Below are positions 1 through 8,375 of a stretch of DNA of 32,000 nt, in pieces. The position numbers and the translations under genes were made by a program. The first letter of the stretch is position 1. Each line of letters begins with the position of its first letter. The notes beneath the pieces are model-generated. The model was not told the origin of the DNA. It searched no databases and was given only the letters and a program-made list of their open reading frames with translations. Origin of the DNA: Edaphobacter aggregans (GTDB lineage: Bacteria; Acidobacteriota; Terriglobia; Terriglobales; Acidobacteriaceae); assembly GCF_003945235.1 (NCBI RefSeq), contig NZ_RSDW01000001.1:5250001-5282000 (forward strand), given 5' to 3'.

Positions 1-2
1 TC

Positions 3-1079
3 CTCTCCTCCAAAGGAACGAGCAAAAAGAAAACCGGGGCCGAAGCTGCCAAGCCGAACCTTGGGCGAGTCGTGGGAACAGCTGCCCCGGGGGACTTGAT
101 CCCGAGCGACAAGGTCAAACCGTCTTCGGATGACGCGAAGAGAGGAGGGACAGTCGACGCGGCCGACATCGAGAGGACGAAGGCGCCAAAGATCAATCAG
201 ACGCAAGCCAGCAGCACACTGGGGGTTCCTAACGGCAACAAGCGGCTCAACCAGGTGGAAAAGTTTGACGAACCCGATACGACACCTAACGGGCAGTCGA
301 AGTGGACACCGCCTCCATATTCCGGTGGCCAGAGTGAACAGCAAGTGCTGAAGAAAGAAGAGGACGCACTGAGCAAACCGTCACTCGTCTTCATAGCCCA
401 TAACCAAGGCAACTCTGGGTTGCGATCCGGGACGCAAAGCGAACAACAACAGGTCGGCAATCTGGGCTTGTCTCCTGGATATCATGTCGCAGCGCGGTTG
501 GAGTCCATGGCGACGACGGCGGTACATGCACCTGTGACCGCGGTGGTCGAATACAACTACGAACGGGACGGAGCAGTGCTTATTCCAGCGGGCAGCCGTG
601 TCGTCGGCAAGATCTCGCAAGCGGACCCATCGGGTCTCGTGAACATCACGTTCTCGTCAATTGAATTTCCCGCAGGAGAGAGGGTCGCGATCGATGCCGT
701 CGCCGCAGATATGAGCCTGCAAGCTGTTAAAGGGACCGTTACCGGAAAGCAGGCTGGCAGGAGCATGCTGGTGCGCTCGCTTGCAGGTATCGGCGAGACG
801 GCCGCGATGATTGTTGGCGCTCCGAGCGCAAATGGCGCCGTCAGCGAGAACGATCTTCTACGAATGCGCGTAGCGGACAATATCGGGAATGCCGGTGATG
901 AACAGATCATGCGGATGATGACAATGCAGCACATAGTGGTCAGCGTGTCTGCCGGGACCGAGATCTACGTCATCTTCGAAAAGTCGCAGCAGGCGAATGC
1001 GGCCGGCGCGGAGAAGACGGTTCACGCTCCTCATCTCGACACTACCGCGTTCGATTCGAGCGCCCCGGCACAACCGTAG
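3..1079 (+). CDS. virB10: VirB10/TrbI-family T4SS core protein, 5'-truncated by the window edge
   Basis: Frame 3 is open from the first base of the window, with no stop before the listed Met at 72. The N-terminal part is a Pro/Gln/Ser-rich linker. The C-terminal ~200 aa read like the TrbI/VirB10 barrel (GYHVAARLESMATTAVHAPVTAVVEYNYERDGAVLIPAGSRVVGKI ... SAGTEIYVIFEKS). Confidence 0.8.
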   Translation, partial: LSSKGTSKKKTGAEAAKPNLGRVVGTAAPGDLIPSDKVKPSSDDAKRGGTVDAADIERTKAPKINQTQASSTLGVPNGNKRLNQVEKFDEPDTTPNGQSKWTPPPYSGGQSEQQVLKKEEDALSKPSLVFIAHNQGNSGLRSGTQSEQQQVGNLGLSPGYHVAARLESMATTAVHAPVTAVVEYNYERDGAVLIPAGSRVVGKISQADPSGLVNITFSSIEFPAGERVAIDAVAADMSLQAVKGTVTGKQAGRSMLVRSLAGIGETAAMIVGAPSANGAVSENDLLRMRVADNIGNAGDEQIMRMMTMQHIVVSVSAGTEIYVIFEKSQQANAAGAEKTVHAPHLDTTAFDSSAPAQP

Positions 1080-1106
1080 AAAGATACGCCAGTACGTATC
1101 CATAGG

Positions 1107-1139
1107 TGCGGCCTGATCACTGGGCCGCATTGCTTTGTG
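1107..1139 (+). terminator. Candidate intrinsic terminator after virB10
   Basis: Perfect 7-bp GC-rich stem TGCGGCC (1107-1113) / GGCCGCA (1123-1129) with a 9-nt loop. It is followed by the T-rich tail TTGCTTTGTG and lies 28 nt after the virB10 stop. Confidence 0.5.
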
Positions 1140-1210
1140 CCCCCGACTGCATTGATCCGCCCGAGCCAAGTCATAGTAAAAGCGAGCAGCACGCGCCAAA
1201 CGGTGAATGG

Positions 1211-1401
1211 AGAAAAAACGCGTACTTCACTTTTGTGACGGAAGTGAGACGACGGCTAAGGACCGGCTGCCGACCGGCCAAAGTCATAAGAGAAAAAGTG
1301 TGTACTTTACTTTTGTAATCGAGCGTGCTCCGCGAGCAGCCAATGAGCCCTGGTTCCGATAGTGCAAAAAGAGAAAAAACGTGTACTTCACTTTTATAAC
1401 G
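1211..1401. repeat. Three direct copies of a ~30-bp imperfectly palindromic motif with 80-81 bp spacing
   Basis: Copy 1, 1211-1240: AGAAAAAACGCGTACTTCACTTTTGTGACG. Copy 2, 1291-1320: AGAAAAAGTGTGTACTTTACTTTTGTAATC. Copy 3, 1372-1401: AGAAAAAACGTGTACTTCACTTTTATAACG. Spacers are unrelated. Each core has AAAA(N)GTG / CACTTTT half-sites around a central GTAC. Copies 1 and 2 also have GCCAAA 8-10 nt (copy 2, copy 1) upstream of the core. Confidence 0.85.
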
Positions 1402-1664
1402 GCGCGCCGAAGATCTGAAGCGACAAAACAGAGGTAAGAGGGCGCGGGACGAGAGGAGGTACAGGCCAGGTAGGGATTGTGAACGGTTGGGTCGAATCCC
1501 ACGAGAGCCCCCGTCGGATTTGATCGGTTCACGCGGGGCCCAGTTGTCGTTGCATCATCCATCCATGTCTAAATTCTAGCGAAACAGAGCTTCCATTCGA
1601 TTGAGCAAAAAGTAAAGTCATGCGACTTTCCTGTTCGACGGCACCCCGTCAAGGAGGCAAGTCC

Positions 1665-2045
1665 ATGATCAAGTCGTTTATGCGAGCCGTGCGTGCCGCG
1701 CAGAAAGATCTGCAGGCGCTCATCCTCATCACCTTCATCGGAGCCGCTCTGTTAGCCCCCGCTGCCACCGTTGCTCAAAACCTCGGCACCACACCCGCCA
1801 CCGGCCAGGCAGTCCAGGGTCAGACCGCCTCACAGCCTGAAGGCGCATTTCTTAATCTCGTGAATTGGGTGTGCAACGTGATCTGCCCGGTGGGCGCTGG
1901 CGTCGCTGTTGTCGCCACTGTTTTGCAGTGGCGGAGCGGCCGCAGCTGGCTGCCATCGGCAATGACTGCAGGAGGTCTGATCTGCGTATCAGGCATCCTG
2001 CGGCTCATCGAGTACTTCATCTCACAAGGTCAGGCGATAGGTTGA
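1665..2045 (+). CDS. virB2: VirB2/TrbC-like pilin precursor (long leader plus one pilin module)
   Basis: The ATG at 1665 follows AAGGAGG (1651-1657); the listed start at 1620 lacks an RBS. The product has a basic N-terminus and a hydrophobic leader ending in an AxA-like site (PAATVAQ). Two hydrophobic helices follow (FLNLVNWVCNVICPVGAGVAVVATVL ... MTAGGLICVSGILRLIEYFISQG). Size and position match a T4SS pilin. Confidence 0.7.
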   Translation: MIKSFMRAVRAAQKDLQALILITFIGAALLAPAATVAQNLGTTPATGQAVQGQTASQPEGAFLNLVNWVCNVICPVGAGVAVVATVLQWRSGRSWLPSAMTAGGLICVSGILRLIEYFISQGQAIG

Positions 2046-2052
2046 GGCACAC

Positions 2053-2739
2053 ATGCAGACACCGCTGGTCTTCAGAGCGATTCTTGGTCTCCTGATGGAT
2101 TTGGCCATTCCGGCAGCGCTAGGCGCGTTTGTCATGGCTGGGATGCGACTCCGTTCCGAAGGCGGGATGAACTTTGAGGCCAGTGGTGGCTTTCTTAAAT
2201 GGCTCTTCTGGGGGTGTTTGCTAATCAGCCTTCCCGGAGTAAGTCTTTGGCTCAGTAATGAAGGCGTTCCTGGAGCATCGCAACTCACGATTGCCGGTGC
2301 CACTGGAGCTCCGTATACCCAGGGCGTCGAGAGAGTCACTAATGATTTCGTCAATAACTTTTTGCTAGCGCACCTGGTCCCGGTCGTCGCTGCGTCTCTC
2401 GTTTTCAAAGCGATCCTTGATCTAAGTCAGGGATATAGCCCACTGGCGTCGATCATCGCTGCCCTGTTTCTTCTGGGGGTCCAAGGCATTTACAACCTGG
2501 CGACAGGTAGCTGGATGCAGAGCGGTGATCAATATGGTGTGACCGACATGCTCATGCAGGCATTTGGTTATGCAGCAAATCGAATTAGTCCGATCGTCGG
2601 CGGCCTCGCGCTGTCCGGTGCGATTGTGAACTACGTGCGCCATCGCCCCTGGGGAGGTCTGGTGGCGAGCGGCCTTGGCTTCTTGAGTGTGACTGGAATC
2701 TGGGCGTTAGTAACTCATTTCGCAGGAGTCAATCTATAA
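2053..2739 (+). CDS. Polytopic membrane protein built from two or three diverged VirB2-like modules
   Basis: GAGG lies 5 nt upstream of the ATG. The C-terminal segment GYAANRISPIVGGLALSGAIVNYVRHRPWGGLVASGLGFLSVTGIWALVTHFAG aligns by eye with the pilin module NWVCNVICPVGAGVAVVATVLQWRSGRSWLPSAMTAGGLICVSGILRLIEYFISQG. The middle segment VTNDFVNNFLLAHLVPVVAASLVFKAILDLSQGY resembles LTNWVGNAVMPILAALLLAMGIYKYSRGY. At 228 aa it is about three ~76-aa modules. Confidence 0.55.
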   Translation: MQTPLVFRAILGLLMDLAIPAALGAFVMAGMRLRSEGGMNFEASGGFLKWLFWGCLLISLPGVSLWLSNEGVPGASQLTIAGATGAPYTQGVERVTNDFVNNFLLAHLVPVVAASLVFKAILDLSQGYSPLASIIAALFLLGVQGIYNLATGSWMQSGDQYGVTDMLMQAFGYAANRISPIVGGLALSGAIVNYVRHRPWGGLVASGLGFLSVTGIWALVTHFAGVNL

Positions 2740-2950
2740 AGCGAATAGTGGCATGTCTATTGGTCGCGGCTGGAATCGGCAGTGTTGGATATTGCGCGGA
2801 AATGGCGCTCGTAGCGGTGGTGACTTCGCGCTTTGACATAACAACCGACATGTCGGACGTTATCCCTGACTTAATCCCGGACTGGCATTTGAAAGCTTCG
2901 CATTTTCATAAACCCTGATTTGGATCTTGTTCTGAAATGGAGAACCGACC

Positions 2951-3205
2951 ATGAGAACGCGGGAACTGTTTCTACAGAGCCTCCTTTTTACGAGCAGTTG
3001 TCTGATGCTGCTCTTCCTTCTGTCCATCGCGGTTCATTTTCCGGTAGGTCGAGTGCTCTTCGCCGTCCTTATAGCGGTGATTTGTTTGGCTGCGGAGTGC
3101 TTTGCGCTATTTAAGCTGGGCCAGTTTCTTTGGCGATGGAGCAGCAAAGCGGCGATCGCTTTGCTACGGATTCTCCACCCGGGCCAGTCGCCTGCCACCC
3201 TTTGA
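2951..3205 (+). CDS. Small hypothetical membrane protein (two predicted TM helices)
   Basis: GGAG lies 8 nt upstream of the ATG. It has two long hydrophobic stretches and no recognisable family. Confidence 0.35.
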   Translation: MRTRELFLQSLLFTSSCLMLLFLLSIAVHFPVGRVLFAVLIAVICLAAECFALFKLGQFLWRWSSKAAIALLRILHPGQSPATL

Positions 3206-3249
3206 CAGAGAACAAGAACTGAAGCATATATGAGCGCGTGAGGCTAAGC

Positions 3250-3708
3250 ATGAACAGCGGATCCTTCGACGGTGGTCTCCTCAATCTCACCAACTGGGTT
3301 GGCAACGCGGTGATGCCCATTCTCGCCGCGCTGTTACTGGCGATGGGCATCTACAAATACTCACGTGGCTACCAGATCGATCCCTATATCGGTGGAACCA
3401 TGGCCGCACTTTCTGTCTCCGGGCTCCTGCGGCTGGCCGAAGTCTTCGCGAGCCAGGGACAGGGAGCAACGCAATATTGGTCGGCGATTCTTAGTCTCGC
3501 CAATTGGGTAGGAAACGTGATTCTGCCCGTCTACGGCGGGATCGAGATTGTACGGGCTGTGCTGGGGGTGGGAGGGTTTTTCGAGAGACTCAATATTGGT
3601 GACGACTGGGTTCGGCATTTTATCGCCGGCGGAGCATGCCTCTGTGTCTCTGGATTGATGAGGTTGATGGAACACTTCATCGCAGCCGGTACAAGTGGGG
3701 TGGCGTAA
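3250..3708 (+). CDS. Tandem-duplicated VirB2-like pilin (two modules in one polypeptide, no obvious signal peptide)
   Basis: The ATG at 3250 follows GAGG by 6 nt. The N half is LLNLTNWVGNAVMPILAALLLAMGIYKYS...GGTMAALSVSGLLRLAEVFASQG. The C half is ILSLANWVGNVILPVYGGIEIVRAVLGV...FIAGGACLCVSGLMRLMEHFIAAG. Both match the module of the 1665 gene. The gene sits immediately upstream of virB3-virB4, the canonical virB2 position. Confidence 0.7.
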   Translation: MNSGSFDGGLLNLTNWVGNAVMPILAALLLAMGIYKYSRGYQIDPYIGGTMAALSVSGLLRLAEVFASQGQGATQYWSAILSLANWVGNVILPVYGGIEIVRAVLGVGGFFERLNIGDDWVRHFIAGGACLCVSGLMRLMEHFIAAGTSGVA

Positions 3709-4049
3709 TGGCACTGAGACTGAGTCCGGTTTCGCGCAACCTGCACGCCAAGGTCACTCTGCTGGGCCTCGAGCTCGAAGACATGCTGTTTCTTGCGATG
3801 GCGTGCGCGATCGCCATGCTGGTTGGGCAATTCTTCTTCTCTGACCGTTACATGTTTTTTCTGCCGATGAACTGGTTCCTGATGCTCATGGTCCTCGTCC
3901 TCGGGGTGCCCAGTCTGATGTTGTTCAAGTATGGGAAACCTCGCGGGTATCTGCTCGACCTGGTGCTCTATTACGGACAAGCGCGCAGCTACTGTGCGCT
4001 GGCCCGCGACACGAAACTTACCAACAGCTTCCTCAAGGAGAACGAATAA
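3708..4049 (+). CDS. virB3: VirB3/TrbD-like small inner-membrane T4SS protein
   Basis: TAATG overlap with the upstream stop. The product is ~113 aa, with a conserved-looking N-terminus (RNLHAKVTLLGLELEDMLFL) followed by two hydrophobic helices. It lies directly upstream of virB4 and overlaps it by 1 nt, the established VirB3-VirB4 synteny. Confidence 0.65.
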   Translation: MALRLSPVSRNLHAKVTLLGLELEDMLFLAMACAIAMLVGQFFFSDRYMFFLPMNWFLMLMVLVLGVPSLMLFKYGKPRGYLLDLVLYYGQARSYCALARDTKLTNSFLKENE

Positions 4050-6802
4050 TGCCCAGGACGACTGCCCAGCATGAGCGCTCCCTCGAAGACCCCGCCGTCT
4101 GCGAACTGCTGAAGATTCGCGACTTTCTCGACAACGTCATGGTTCGCACCGATGGCTGCTACGTCGCCGGCTTTCGCGTGCAAGGCGCAGTAACCTATTT
4201 CTCCGATGACGATGGACGGAATGAGGCGAAAGGCGTCGTTGAATCCTTGCTCCGCGCGATGCCGGAGCAGAGCATGCGTGTGCAATTTCGCTACGAGGTG
4301 GTGGAGAGCCTGAATGGGTTGCTCGATCAGTATCGCGACGCCACGCGATCGGAGACGCCTGAGGCCAGGATTCTCGACGATCGGAGACTTGCGGCATGGG
4401 AGGAGAAAGAAAGGCTGGGCGCCTACTTGTCGCGGATATCCGGTGTGTATTTGATCTGGGATCCGGTGAAGCATAAGCGGGCGATGATCGCCAGCGGCGG
4501 GCCTCAGAGCAAGGATGACCGAAGGCAGGCTGGTGGGAGTTTCACGCTGTCTGTCGGAAAGGCAATTCAGAAGACCAAGAAAGAGCACCTGGACACTCTT
4601 GCCGAGTTTGAGTCGATCATCTCTGGTATTGAGTCGGCGATGAAGAGTGGAGGGCTCGGGCCGGAAAGAATGACCCACGGAGAGATATTTCTGGAGATCA
4701 AGCGCGCATTCAATCCGATGGACCCTGACCTCACACCGCTGAAGGAGAATATCGCTGAGACGCGCGAAATCTCCGCTCGCGAGAGGCTGGCACCGGGGAA
4801 CATCCTGGGGCAAACAGAAACCTATCTCAACATTGATGGGATGCTGTGGACGTTTATCAGCCTCAAGACGCCGCCAGATGGGACCTACCCCGGCATTCTG
4901 CGGGAGTTGATGACGATAGGTTTTCCGATCGTGATCTCGACCCAGGTAGTCGTCCCCGACCAGCGGGTGGTGCTGGATAAATACAAGAAGAAGTTTCGCA
5001 AGATGCAGGCGGCACAAAAGGACTCTAAAGGCAATCTGCGTGTAGACGTCACCGCGCAGGTCGCAACGCAGGAGCTGATACAGATCCAGCAGGAGATTAT
5101 TGCGTCGTCGGTCAAGACCGCGCGAGTGAGCGTAGTCGTTGGAGTGCATACCTCTGCCCCGGCATGGTCTGCTCAACAGTATGAGACGGCGGAGAGAGAG
5201 TTAGCCCATCGCCGACAGCAGATATTGCACGTAGTCGCTCGCATGAACGGAGCTCGCGGGTTTTCGGAGTCATTGGCGACTCGCAGGTTGTTCTTTTCGA
5301 CTCTGCCCGGGCTTGCCGAAGATGACCGCCGTGATCACGATTTGTTGACGCCCCATGCAGCAGATCTCCTGCCGGTCGAGTTGCCTTGGGCCGGAACTAC
5401 GAGGTCGCCTCTGATGCTGTTCGAAACACCCTACCGGCAACTGCTGCCATTTTCGCCGTTTGATCCGAATCTCGAAAATGCTAATGCGATCGTTGCGGCA
5501 ACTTCGGGTACAGGCAAAAGCGTACACGTTGGCAAGATGCTGCTAACGTGCGCGCGACAGGATGTTCAGGTGTCGATCATCGAACGCGGCGATAGCTACT
5601 ATCATCCCGTAACGTTCATGGGCGGCCAGATGATCACTATGTCGCTCGACAGTGAACAGACGATCAATCCGTTTGATCTTGAACCCGGTCAGGTGGAACC
5701 GTCGAACGATCATCTGGCATTTCTGAAGAACCTGACCCGCTTCATGATCGGTGACAGCGGCGAAGGCGACACGGATCTTCTCGACAATCTCATCATGAAC
5801 GCGATTCGCAAGACCTACGCCAGGGCGCAGATGCGCATTGACAATCCTATTCCGCTCTATAGCGACCTCTATGACGAACTGCAGAACTATTACGACGAAG
5901 ACAAGAATCCACGGGTGAACGAGGCTGCGCGAATTGCAGCGGCAAAGATGCGGGCGTGGGTTAACAACGGGATGTATGCACGTCTCTTCGATCGGCCGAC
6001 CACCATCGATATGTCGACGCCGTGGCTCTACTTCAACGTTGAACAACTCAAAGACGATCCGAAGCTCGAAGTCGCCATGAGCTTGCTGATTGCGTACACC
6101 ACCACGAAGCGTGCCCAGGGAAGAGCCAACAAGCGGTGCATCACCGTTCTCGATGAGTGCTGGGCCCTGTTGCAATCGCCAAGTCTCGCGCCGGTTGTCG
6201 TGCAGCTCTTCAGGACAGCCAGGAAACGCAATGCCTGTGTGTGGGGAATATCGCAGGCGGTTGAAGATTTTACCGGGACGCCGGACAAACCAAACGAATT
6301 CGGCGCCGCGATCCTTGCCACCACGGCTGTAAAGATGATCGGGCGACAGAAGGGAAATTACGACGTCTTACGTCAGTTTCTGCACTTGAACGAGACAACT
6401 CTCAATCGAGTGAAGAGTCTGGGGATGACGGAGAAGGGTAAGAAGAGCGAGTTTCTGATTGTGATCGGTGAAAAGGCGGAGACGACGCACAGCCTGTACA
6501 TCGTTCCCACACCGCTCGAATACTGGCTCCTCACAACCTATCCGCGTGAGCGTTGGTACCGGCAGTGGTGGCTTGCTACTAATCCTCATCTAAGCCTGGT
6601 CGAACGCTACGAGGAACTTGCGAACAAGTTTCCCCACGGTCTCTCCGAGCTGCCGGAGCTTCCCGAGGAACGGTCCGGCGAAGTGAGCCGGCTGGGCGAC
6701 CATGCACCCGTGGATACCGGCAAGCGAAGCCCGACGCCGAATGGCGGTGCCACGCGAAACGAAATGCCCGAGTGGTTTGTCCTCGAAGGAGCGACGGTAT
6801 GA
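4049..6802 (+). CDS. virB4: VirB4/TrbE-family T4SS ATPase
   Basis: AAGGAG RBS upstream. Walker A is AATSGTGKS and Walker B is CITVLDECWALL, followed by VWGISQAVEDF. Length (917 aa) and position are typical of VirB4. Confidence 0.93.
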   Translation: MPRTTAQHERSLEDPAVCELLKIRDFLDNVMVRTDGCYVAGFRVQGAVTYFSDDDGRNEAKGVVESLLRAMPEQSMRVQFRYEVVESLNGLLDQYRDATRSETPEARILDDRRLAAWEEKERLGAYLSRISGVYLIWDPVKHKRAMIASGGPQSKDDRRQAGGSFTLSVGKAIQKTKKEHLDTLAEFESIISGIESAMKSGGLGPERMTHGEIFLEIKRAFNPMDPDLTPLKENIAETREISARERLAPGNILGQTETYLNIDGMLWTFISLKTPPDGTYPGILRELMTIGFPIVISTQVVVPDQRVVLDKYKKKFRKMQAAQKDSKGNLRVDVTAQVATQELIQIQQEIIASSVKTARVSVVVGVHTSAPAWSAQQYETAERELAHRRQQILHVVARMNGARGFSESLATRRLFFSTLPGLAEDDRRDHDLLTPHAADLLPVELPWAGTTRSPLMLFETPYRQLLPFSPFDPNLENANAIVAATSGTGKSVHVGKMLLTCARQDVQVSIIERGDSYYHPVTFMGGQMITMSLDSEQTINPFDLEPGQVEPSNDHLAFLKNLTRFMIGDSGEGDTDLLDNLIMNAIRKTYARAQMRIDNPIPLYSDLYDELQNYYDEDKNPRVNEAARIAAAKMRAWVNNGMYARLFDRPTTIDMSTPWLYFNVEQLKDDPKLEVAMSLLIAYTTTKRAQGRANKRCITVLDECWALLQSPSLAPVVVQLFRTARKRNACVWGISQAVEDFTGTPDKPNEFGAAILATTAVKMIGRQKGNYDVLRQFLHLNETTLNRVKSLGMTEKGKKSEFLIVIGEKAETTHSLYIVPTPLEYWLLTTYPRERWYRQWWLATNPHLSLVERYEELANKFPHGLSELPELPEERSGEVSRLGDHAPVDTGKRSPTPNGGATRNEMPEWFVLEGATV

Positions 6803-7560
6803 AAGCCAAAGCAATGTCCATGGGCGCGAGCATGCTTGTGATGGTTCTGCTCCTCTTTCCGACTGGTGCGTATGCGCAGCTGGGGGGCATCTTTTCCGCG
6901 ATTTTGAGCACGATCACCGGCCCGATAGGCGGAGCACTCACGGACATCAACCAGATTCGCAGCTCGATCCTGAAGACAGAGCAACAAGTACTGTGGCCCG
7001 TCACATTGATCGCCCAGGCACAGAACTATATCTCGACGATTAAGGCCAGTTATCGCGGATGGATGAACCAGGTGTACACACTACCCGTAAATAGCGCGAA
7101 CCTGCAGATGCCTAAATCTCTGGAGTCCACCTTTCTTAGCGGGCAGATCGGGCAGATCGGAGGTTTCAGTCAGAGCTACACGTCGACCTATGGTCTACAG
7201 CCGGCCACCGGGGTCGCTCCCCAGCTCAATCTGCAGATGATGGATATTGAGGATGCCGTCGCAAAAGATGCGACGGTGCAATCGATGGCCGCCGATCAGG
7301 CAACCATGACGATGCTCCAGACAGCGCAGAGGATCGAGGATGAGGCCCAAACAACGGCGCCAGGTACGGCAGCCATGGTCGCCGCCGAGGCGAGGACCGC
7401 TGAGTTAGCGAGCCTGGCCATGCAGCACAAGCTGTTGGCCTACCAGCTGCGTGAGGCGGCGATACAACTGGGCCATCGCGGGTCCATTCTCAAGCAATCA
7501 ACTTCCAACACGCAGAACCTGAATCAACAGATTCTCAATCATCTTGGAGGCGGCCAATGA
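6799..7560 (+). CDS. VirB5/TrbJ-like secreted T4SS protein, paralog 1
   Basis: ATGA overlap with the virB4 stop. Signal peptide MKAKAMSMGASMLVMVLLLFPTGAYAQ. The mature part is Gln/Ala-rich and helical, ~250 aa, sitting between virB4 and virB6. Confidence 0.6.
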   Translation: MKAKAMSMGASMLVMVLLLFPTGAYAQLGGIFSAILSTITGPIGGALTDINQIRSSILKTEQQVLWPVTLIAQAQNYISTIKASYRGWMNQVYTLPVNSANLQMPKSLESTFLSGQIGQIGGFSQSYTSTYGLQPATGVAPQLNLQMMDIEDAVAKDATVQSMAADQATMTMLQTAQRIEDEAQTTAPGTAAMVAAEARTAELASLAMQHKLLAYQLREAAIQLGHRGSILKQSTSNTQNLNQQILNHLGGGQ

Positions 7561-8363
7561 AAACACGGCAGTTGTTTGTTCACAAACCTTTCGTGCGCCG
7601 GTTGGCCCTCAGCGGGGCCGGAGTATTGATCGTGAGTGCTGTTGCTGTGCAGCCCGCGCACTCACAGTTTGGCGTTGACATCGCGGCCATTCTCGCCGGG
7701 CTCAAGGAGATCAACAGCACTCTGAGCAGCGCCGTCGCCTCACCACTGAAAGCAATCGATCAGGTGGAACAGCAGGAGCAGCAGTTCCAACAGAACGTAC
7801 TTTATCCAATATCGGCTATAAACAGCGCCAAGCAGATGGTGACTGGGTTTACGGCCTCATTTACCAGCTTCCGTCAGCTGGGCACACTGAACATCTCAAG
7901 TGCTACGCTGCCGAACCCACAGCAGCTCGAACAACAAATGCTCTCCGGCAATCCCAACAACATCGCCGCGATCAACAGTGCTTACCAAAAGGTCTTTGCC
8001 CCGCTTCCGGCGCAGACGGCAATGCCACAAAATGTCGCATACCAAGTCGACATGGGGGATGCGCAGGCGCAGGACGCGATCAAGAAAGCAATCGAACTCG
8101 ATGCTTTTGCGGAGCGGGAGATGGAAGTTGCGCAGAAACTGAACGAGCAGATCGCTGCGTCGGCCCCGGGAACAGCACCGATCCTTGATGCCGAGGCGTC
8201 AGCGTGGGTTATACAGGCAAATGCCTACACGCAGATGGGGATGGCAGAGCTATTGCGTGTGAATAGCGCAAACCTATCGAACCGAAGCGGGGAGCTCAAA
8301 GACTCGACGACGCAGATGCAGAACCTGAATCAAAGGATCCTACAGGTTCTTACCCCTCGATGA
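7557..8363 (+). CDS. VirB5/TrbJ-like secreted T4SS protein, paralog 2
   Basis: ATGA overlap with the upstream gene. Signal peptide ends in AHSQ. Shared blocks with paralog 1: QNVLYPISAINSAKQ vs QQVLWPVTLIAQAQN, SAPGTAPILDAEA vs TAPGTAAMVAAEA, TQMQNLNQRILQVL vs TQNLNQQILNHL. Confidence 0.6.
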   Translation: MKTRQLFVHKPFVRRLALSGAGVLIVSAVAVQPAHSQFGVDIAAILAGLKEINSTLSSAVASPLKAIDQVEQQEQQFQQNVLYPISAINSAKQMVTGFTASFTSFRQLGTLNISSATLPNPQQLEQQMLSGNPNNIAAINSAYQKVFAPLPAQTAMPQNVAYQVDMGDAQAQDAIKKAIELDAFAEREMEVAQKLNEQIAASAPGTAPILDAEASAWVIQANAYTQMGMAELLRVNSANLSNRSGELKDSTTQMQNLNQRILQVLTPR

Positions 8364-8375
8364 CTGGAGCGTGCG

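Noticed and set aside
1211-1401. The three direct repeats considered as a mini-CRISPR array
   Set aside because: There are only three imperfect copies, with ~50-bp spacers at 80-bp periodicity, an A/T-rich palindromic core and no cas genes. The array sits in a promoter-like intergenic position. A regulatory or binding-site interpretation fits better.
1485-1512. tRNA T-arm-like sequence GGTTGGGTCGAATCCCACGAGAGCCCCC, a possible tRNA 3' fragment or att-site scar
   Set aside because: The T-stem has a mismatch and the loop starts with G instead of T. No complementary 5' acceptor strand (GGCTCTC), D-arm or anticodon arm could be found in the ~70 nt upstream, and there is no CCA. At most it is a decayed fragment. 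tRNAscan-SE or Infernal would settle it.
1620-1664. Longer N-terminus for the pilin gene (start at 1620), and similarly the start at 28426 for the small Cys protein
   Set aside because: AAGGAGG sits directly before the ATG at 1665, not before 1620. The 28426 start lies inside the stem of the terminator hairpin (28423-28444), whereas the ATG at 28468 has its own GAGG.
2845-2856. 12-bp palindrome CCGACATGTCGG near a TTGACA hexamer in the 2740-2950 gap, as promoter plus operator
   Set aside because: No acceptable -10 element lies at the right spacing from the TTGACA. A single short palindrome is not enough to support a call.
3989-5176. 395-aa minus-strand ORF antisense to virB3/virB4 (similarly 5543-6175 and 6579-7004, minus strand)
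   Set aside because: It is fully overlapped by the strongly supported VirB4 gene. The product is Arg/Leu/His-rich and low-complexity, as expected for antisense frames of GC-rich coding DNA. There is no RBS.
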